DNA of 20,000 bases from IMG/VR virus record IMGVR_UViG_3300008259_000056, one strand, 5' to 3'. The position numbers and the translations under genes were made by a program. Under the pieces are notes generated by a model. The model searched no databases, had not been told where the DNA came from, and saw nothing but the letters and a program-made list of their open reading frames with translations. This document shows positions 16,249-20,000 of this stretch, piece by piece. Position 1 is the first letter of the stretch; the number at the start of each line of letters is the position of its first letter. Origin of the DNA: an uncultured virus (IMG/VR IMGVR_UViG_3300008259_000056) (taxonomy: Duplodnaviria; Heunggongvirae; Uroviricota; Caudoviricetes).

Positions 16249-16431
16249 AGCCTGAGATGTAGATAGAGTTATATTAATAAAGTTACAATTGTTTCTAGAA
16301 GAGTCGCCGATGATATGATTTGGATTACATAGGTCTCAAAAGTCAAGTGTCAAGTTTTCAGAAATTTAATAATGTCATTACTTAAAACTCACTATAAACC
16401 TTAATATAATTCACTACTCTCAGGTTTTTTT
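16249..16431 (+). ncRNA. Putative structured ncRNA / 3' element with long closing stem and periodic repeats
   Basis: CCTGAGA (16251-57) pairs with TCTCAGG (16418-24), GTAG (16259-62) with CTAC (16414-17), and GAGTTATATTAA (16266-77) with TTAATATAATTC (16401-12). T7 follows. There is no plausible + strand ORF, and this is the largest non-coding gap in the window. Confidence 0.7.
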
Positions 16432-16451
16432 AAAAAAATTCATCCTACCTA

Positions 16452-16481
16452 TTGTGGGAATGGATTTATTACCTATCTTTG
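16452..16481 (+). promoter_or_regulatory. Bacteroidota-type promoter TTG-N19-TATCTTTG
   Basis: TTG at 16452-16454 and TATCTTTG at 16474-16481. Confidence 0.7.
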
Positions 16482-16502
16482 TTAAACCAAAACGATAGAG
16501 AT

Positions 16503-17243
16503 ATGACAACTACAAACACCACATCAAAAGTAAGAAACTACCAAGGCACTAATTCATTCATCAACAAGATGAAAGATGCCCTCAACAAGTACGGCAAACT
16601 AACTCAGAAACAAGCTGAGGCGGCTGAGAAAATCCTTAACAGCGTAACTAAAGTAAATGTGGAGACCCTTCCTGAAGAAATGAAGGCTATCGCTAACTAC
16701 GAGGGTGAGAACTCATTCGTGAAAGAAATCAAATCTAAATTGATGACCTACGGGACATTAACACCAAACCAAGTGTCGGCAGCGAACGCTCAAATCCAAA
16801 AAGAGAAGAACAAGGCTAACACCCTTAAAGTAAGAATCCCTGTGTTGGGTGAGACAATCCAACTTCGTCGCAAAACTGCGGAAGGTCTTAAAGAGAAATA
16901 CGGATTGGAGTTCAATCCACTCTTGATTGATGTGACTAAAATCTTGTCTATCTCCCCAAAAGCAATCCAAGTGGCGGGTAAACTTACAGTGAAGAGAGGT
17001 AAAATCTGTAACTGTTGTGCAAGAACTCTAACTGACGAGTTCTCAATGTTGACAGGTCTTGGTAAGACATGTGCAGGTCACTTGGGAGTTCCTTACATCA
17101 CAGATGCAAGTCAAGCTGAGAAGTTCCGTATGGACTACTTGAAACGAGTAGAAGAAATTGGTGAAATGGAGGTTTGGATTCCTTTTTCTCAAATCAAAGT
17201 ACTAAGTGACAAACTTGAAGTGGTTCTTAAAATGGTAAAATAA
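16503..17243 (+). CDS. DUF6011-like Zn-finger protein with two N-terminal helical repeats
   Basis: CNCCARTLTDEFSMLTGLGKTCA fits CxxCxRxLTDxxSxxxGxGxxC. There are two NYxGxNSF...YGxLTxxQxxAA repeats. ATG 16503 lies downstream of the promoter. Confidence 0.75.
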   Translation: MTTTNTTSKVRNYQGTNSFINKMKDALNKYGKLTQKQAEAAEKILNSVTKVNVETLPEEMKAIANYEGENSFVKEIKSKLMTYGTLTPNQVSAANAQIQKEKNKANTLKVRIPVLGETIQLRRKTAEGLKEKYGLEFNPLLIDVTKILSISPKAIQVAGKLTVKRGKICNCCARTLTDEFSMLTGLGKTCAGHLGVPYITDASQAEKFRMDYLKRVEEIGEMEVWIPFSQIKVLSDKLEVVLKMVK

Positions 17244-17247
17244 GAAC

Positions 17248-17278
17248 AAACCCCCTCAAAAAGGGGGTTTTATTTTTT
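17248..17278 (+). terminator. Intrinsic terminator
   Basis: AAACCCCCT-caaaa-AGGGGGTTT plus a T-rich tail. Confidence 0.85.
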
Positions 17279-17304
17279 GTATTCGGATATTTATTATATA
17301 TTTG
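17277..17304 (+). promoter_or_regulatory. Overlapping TTG..TATATTTG promoter and ATATTTAT motif
   Basis: TTG at 17277-79, ATATTTAT at 17287-94 and TATATTTG at 17297-304. Confidence 0.55.
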
Positions 17305-17323
17305 TAGAACAAATAATAAAAAG

Positions 17324-17509
17324 ATGAAAAGTAAATTACCATTCGCAGTTAACTACACCAAAGAGATGTCTGAAAAGTTCAACAAAGAACTTAAAGAGTC
17401 TGGCAAATGTTCTGTTCAAAATCCTGATTTCTACGGCAATTGGAATCTTGTTGAGGTTGGAACGCCTGAGTATGAATTTGCTTTCAGTAAAAAACGAGTT
17501 AAAAAGTAA
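17324..17509 (+). CDS. Hypothetical protein, 61 aa
   Basis: Lies behind the promoter and is coupled to the next gene by a TAATG overlap. Confidence 0.7.
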   Translation: MKSKLPFAVNYTKEMSEKFNKELKESGKCSVQNPDFYGNWNLVEVGTPEYEFAFSKKRVKK

Positions 17510-18126
17510 TGCGTGAGTTAATAAGGACATTATTAAAAGAGATTAGGTTTTCACAAGAAAGGGCTGATGAACTAAAAAAGAAATTTGGTTGGAGATTCGT
17601 TCAGAGTGATAGACCAAAGTCAGGTAAATTATATAACAAGAATCATATTTATACCTTTAGGACTCCTAAATACAAGTACAATGTTTACATTGAGGAATAT
17701 GATTATGATTTTTTCATTATTTCATTTTTTCCTAAGTTAAATAAAGATTTCTATGTAAGACAAGCCAGGATGGCCTCAGCAGGACAAAAGTACTATGATG
17801 AATATAGTTACTTAACAAAGGAAAATATGCCACTCCAAATACTATCACTAATGATGGGTCAAATGAAAGAGATTTTAAAAGATAAACCTTATGCATCGTT
17901 TGGTTATTTTGGAGCTCCTGACATTAAAACTGGTGAAGATGATGACTTATTTAACACCAAAAGAGTAAGGGTTTACAATCAAATGATTTACGACACCTTT
18001 TCTGAAACACACAAAATTATATCTGACCCTACATTTAGTGGGTCCGTAATTATTAATAAAGAAGTTCTTGAGGAATACCCGTATTTCAAAAAGTATTGCT
18101 TGGATATATTGGAAACACATTTGTAA
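17509..18126 (+). CDS. Hypothetical protein with RTLLKE leader
   Basis: 205-aa ORF containing IISFFPK, ASFGYFG and NTKRVRVY blocks. Function unknown. Confidence 0.75.
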   Translation: MRELIRTLLKEIRFSQERADELKKKFGWRFVQSDRPKSGKLYNKNHIYTFRTPKYKYNVYIEEYDYDFFIISFFPKLNKDFYVRQARMASAGQKYYDEYSYLTKENMPLQILSLMMGQMKEILKDKPYASFGYFGAPDIKTGEDDDLFNTKRVRVYNQMIYDTFSETHKIISDPTFSGSVIINKEVLEEYPYFKKYCLDILETHL

Positions 18127-18129
18127 GTA

Positions 18130-18816
18130 ATGAATATTGAGAGTATATACAAAGCATTCCTTAAATTCAGTAAAGGCTCAATTAAAAAAGATGGGTTTAA
18201 CTTACACATTACCAATATAGGTAAGGATAATAAGGATAAGATAACTTTTTATTTTGATTTTGAACCATTGGGTGATATGTCTTATCAAAAATCAGGTCTT
18301 GAGGAGGTTGCTTGGGATGAGATTGTTTTGTTCATTAAAATACTTGGAAATCTTAATTTTGATTGGGAAAGATTGGATGTTGTAGTTAACATGGGAAAAT
18401 ACCCAAACCCATACCTTTCAAAAAAATTTGAGAAAAAAATAGATAACATACTAAACGATATTAAAGTCGTTGAATTATGTGAGGGTGTTTGTGTTAAGAT
18501 TGAAGTTGAACACATTAATACAAACATAACCATTCAAGATGACAAGTCATCATCTTCAGGTACAATGCTCTTTTTTGAGAATTTTGTTAGACCCATAAAA
18601 GGTTATGTTAAAATGTCCAAAAATGGGGGATATGAAGAAGTTAGTGTGGAAGATGCGGTAACTACCTATAAAGAGATTCAAAGATTTAATAGGTTTTTAG
18701 ATAGTGATACAAACTATTTATCAATAGATGATGTGGTAGGTGAGGAGATTGGATTCAATGACACCAACCAAGTTATATATGTTTTAACAAGATTTGTAAA
18801 TGAAGGTAATAATTAA
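18130..18816 (+). CDS. Hypothetical protein
   Basis: 228-aa ORF in operon-like packing. Confidence 0.7.
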   Translation: MNIESIYKAFLKFSKGSIKKDGFNLHITNIGKDNKDKITFYFDFEPLGDMSYQKSGLEEVAWDEIVLFIKILGNLNFDWERLDVVVNMGKYPNPYLSKKFEKKIDNILNDIKVVELCEGVCVKIEVEHINTNITIQDDKSSSSGTMLFFENFVRPIKGYVKMSKNGGYEEVSVEDAVTTYKEIQRFNRFLDSDTNYLSIDDVVGEEIGFNDTNQVIYVLTRFVNEGNN

Positions 18817-19321
18817 CGAAAGTTCTGTAGTAAAGGTCTTGGAGAGAGTTTGGTCTCAGGACCCATACTTTGATGGGGATAAACTTAAAATGTTTGGTAT
18901 AAGTCCCAAAAATCCTTCCGCACAAATGTTATTCCAAAAGTTTATTGGGTTAGAAGAAATGACCAAAAGAGCTGAGAATATAATGAAAGACCTCAATAAC
19001 AAAGATTTCAATGTAGATAATTGTGGAACATACGATATAGATTTTAAAATTGTACATACATTTATTGATGAAGGGCATGCGGGACTTCAATATTTTTATA
19101 TAAATTGTGATGTTGACTATGGGACCTCATCAGCGGTGATACCTTTTTATGACCCAAATGCCGAGCGTAAATCATTATCTAATGTTATGGATGATGAAGA
19201 AACTGCTTGGGAAATTAGAAGTGAGATTATTGAATGTATTGAGGACTATTTTGATGAAGACCTTGAGTTCAGAAAGAAAACTGGTATGAGTGTTATTGCT
19301 AAGTTAATTACGATAAGTTAA
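18800..19321 (+). CDS. Hypothetical protein with MKVIINES leader
   Basis: 173-aa acidic ORF overlapping the previous gene by 17 nt. Confidence 0.7.
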   Translation: MKVIINESSVVKVLERVWSQDPYFDGDKLKMFGISPKNPSAQMLFQKFIGLEEMTKRAENIMKDLNNKDFNVDNCGTYDIDFKIVHTFIDEGHAGLQYFYINCDVDYGTSSAVIPFYDPNAERKSLSNVMDDEETAWEIRSEIIECIEDYFDEDLEFRKKTGMSVIAKLITIS

Positions 19322-19330
19322 TTACAGAAT

Positions 19331-19359
19331 AAAAAACCCCACCTGTGAGATGGGGATTT
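19331..19359 (-). terminator. Intrinsic terminator, probably bidirectional
   Basis: The minus strand reads CCCCATCT-cac-AGGTGGGG followed by T6, between convergent genes. Confidence 0.75.
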
Positions 19360-19362
19360 AAA

Positions 19363-19971
19363 TTACTTAATATCTGTAGACTCTAATAGTGTGTAACTAA
19401 ATTTGTTTCCGTGAATCTTTGATGCTTTTTTACAGATTGATAAAAATACATCAAAGTCCATAACTCGTTTGAACACCTGACATCCGTGCGACCAATCGTC
19501 AACCCAAGTGGAATCTCTACCTGATTTGTGAATATTGATACCAAACATACCAGTATCGGTAGTTTTCTCGTCGTAAACCAAATCTTTATTAGCATCTCTC
19601 CACACCGTAACATTACCATTTCTTTGACAAAGAGCGTCGTATTTACCTTGATGTTTATCTATGGACCATACACTTCTGTATTGATTTGGAACCAATCTAG
19701 CAACGCCCTTACCATTGGTAAACCCTTGAACACCCTTTTTACCTGGGTCGCAAGTACCACCCCAACAGTAAAATTGCCATTCACCCTTTTCATCTTTAAA
19801 TGAAATTGTTAAATGGTCATCAAATACATTGGTCACTTTCTTTGCAACGGATGGAGAATTGTTTCTAACACCTACGATATTAACATCGTAACTTTTGTTT
19901 GATTTATCTTCAAACCAAACATAACCTTTAGCTTTTACAGCCGATTCAATTTGTTCTCTTGTATAACTCAT
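19363..19971 (-). CDS. L,D-transpeptidase (YkuD)-like cysteine peptidase; candidate lysin
   Basis: GINIHKS...WSHGCQV matches the H-x(14-17)-(S/T)HGC catalytic signature of YkuD-fold enzymes. Confidence 0.7.
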   Translation of the reverse strand: MSYTREQIESAVKAKGYVWFEDKSNKSYDVNIVGVRNNSPSVAKKVTNVFDDHLTISFKDEKGEWQFYCWGGTCDPGKKGVQGFTNGKGVARLVPNQYRSVWSIDKHQGKYDALCQRNGNVTVWRDANKDLVYDEKTTDTGMFGINIHKSGRDSTWVDDWSHGCQVFKRVMDFDVFLSICKKASKIHGNKFSYTLLESTDIK

Positions 19972-19984
19972 AATCTTTTTTAAA

Positions 19985-19992
19985 ATAAATAT
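19985..19992 (-). promoter_or_regulatory. ATATTTAT motif
   Basis: Reads ATAAATAT on the + strand, 13 nt before the minus-strand ATG at 19971. Confidence 0.55.
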
Positions 19993-20000
19993 ATTTAATT

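Noticed and set aside
16240..16431. CRISPR array, tRNA or small ORF in the large gap
   Set aside because: There is no repeat-spacer structure and no cloverleaf or T-loop, and the + strand ATGs I checked hit stops within a few codons.
15805..16431. Retron or DGR interpretation of the helical protein plus end-paired RNA
   Set aside because: No reverse transcriptase lies in the window and no template/variable repeat pair was seen. It cannot be excluded in trans.
1..20000. Stop-codon reassignment
   Set aside because: Genes tile densely and read full-length in the standard code. The preference for TAA stops is explained by AT richness.

Overview
This AT-rich, gene-dense window most likely comes from a large (jumbo-type) tailed phage. 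A Bacteroidota host is inferred from TAnnTTTG promoters and from starts that lack Shine-Dalgarno sites. Positions 1-4858 hold a tail-fibre/adhesin module: a 5'-truncated fibre, two small genes and two paralogous Gly-rich proteins. The rest is accessory genes, including a beta-class DNA methyltransferase, a DHH phosphoesterase, DUF192, a Nudix hydrolase, an RHH+HNH cassette, RmlC, a ferritin-like protein, GH16, a DUF6011 Zn-finger protein and an L,D-transpeptidase-like lysin. The top lead is a DIP1984-like helical protein gene (15805-16239) followed directly by a ~180-nt non-coding element. Its ends pair into a ~24-bp closing stem ending in a U-tract, and its interior carries eight TYA(N) units at 7-9 nt spacing, so it is a candidate protein-ncRNA system. 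Other leads are a recurring ATATTTAT upstream motif that co-occurs with (L/I)xE-type N-terminal leaders, a 46-aa module shared by two unrelated genes, and an unannotated RHH gene with a tandem operator-like repeat in front of the HNH nuclease. All family calls come from motif recognition by eye; no searches were run.
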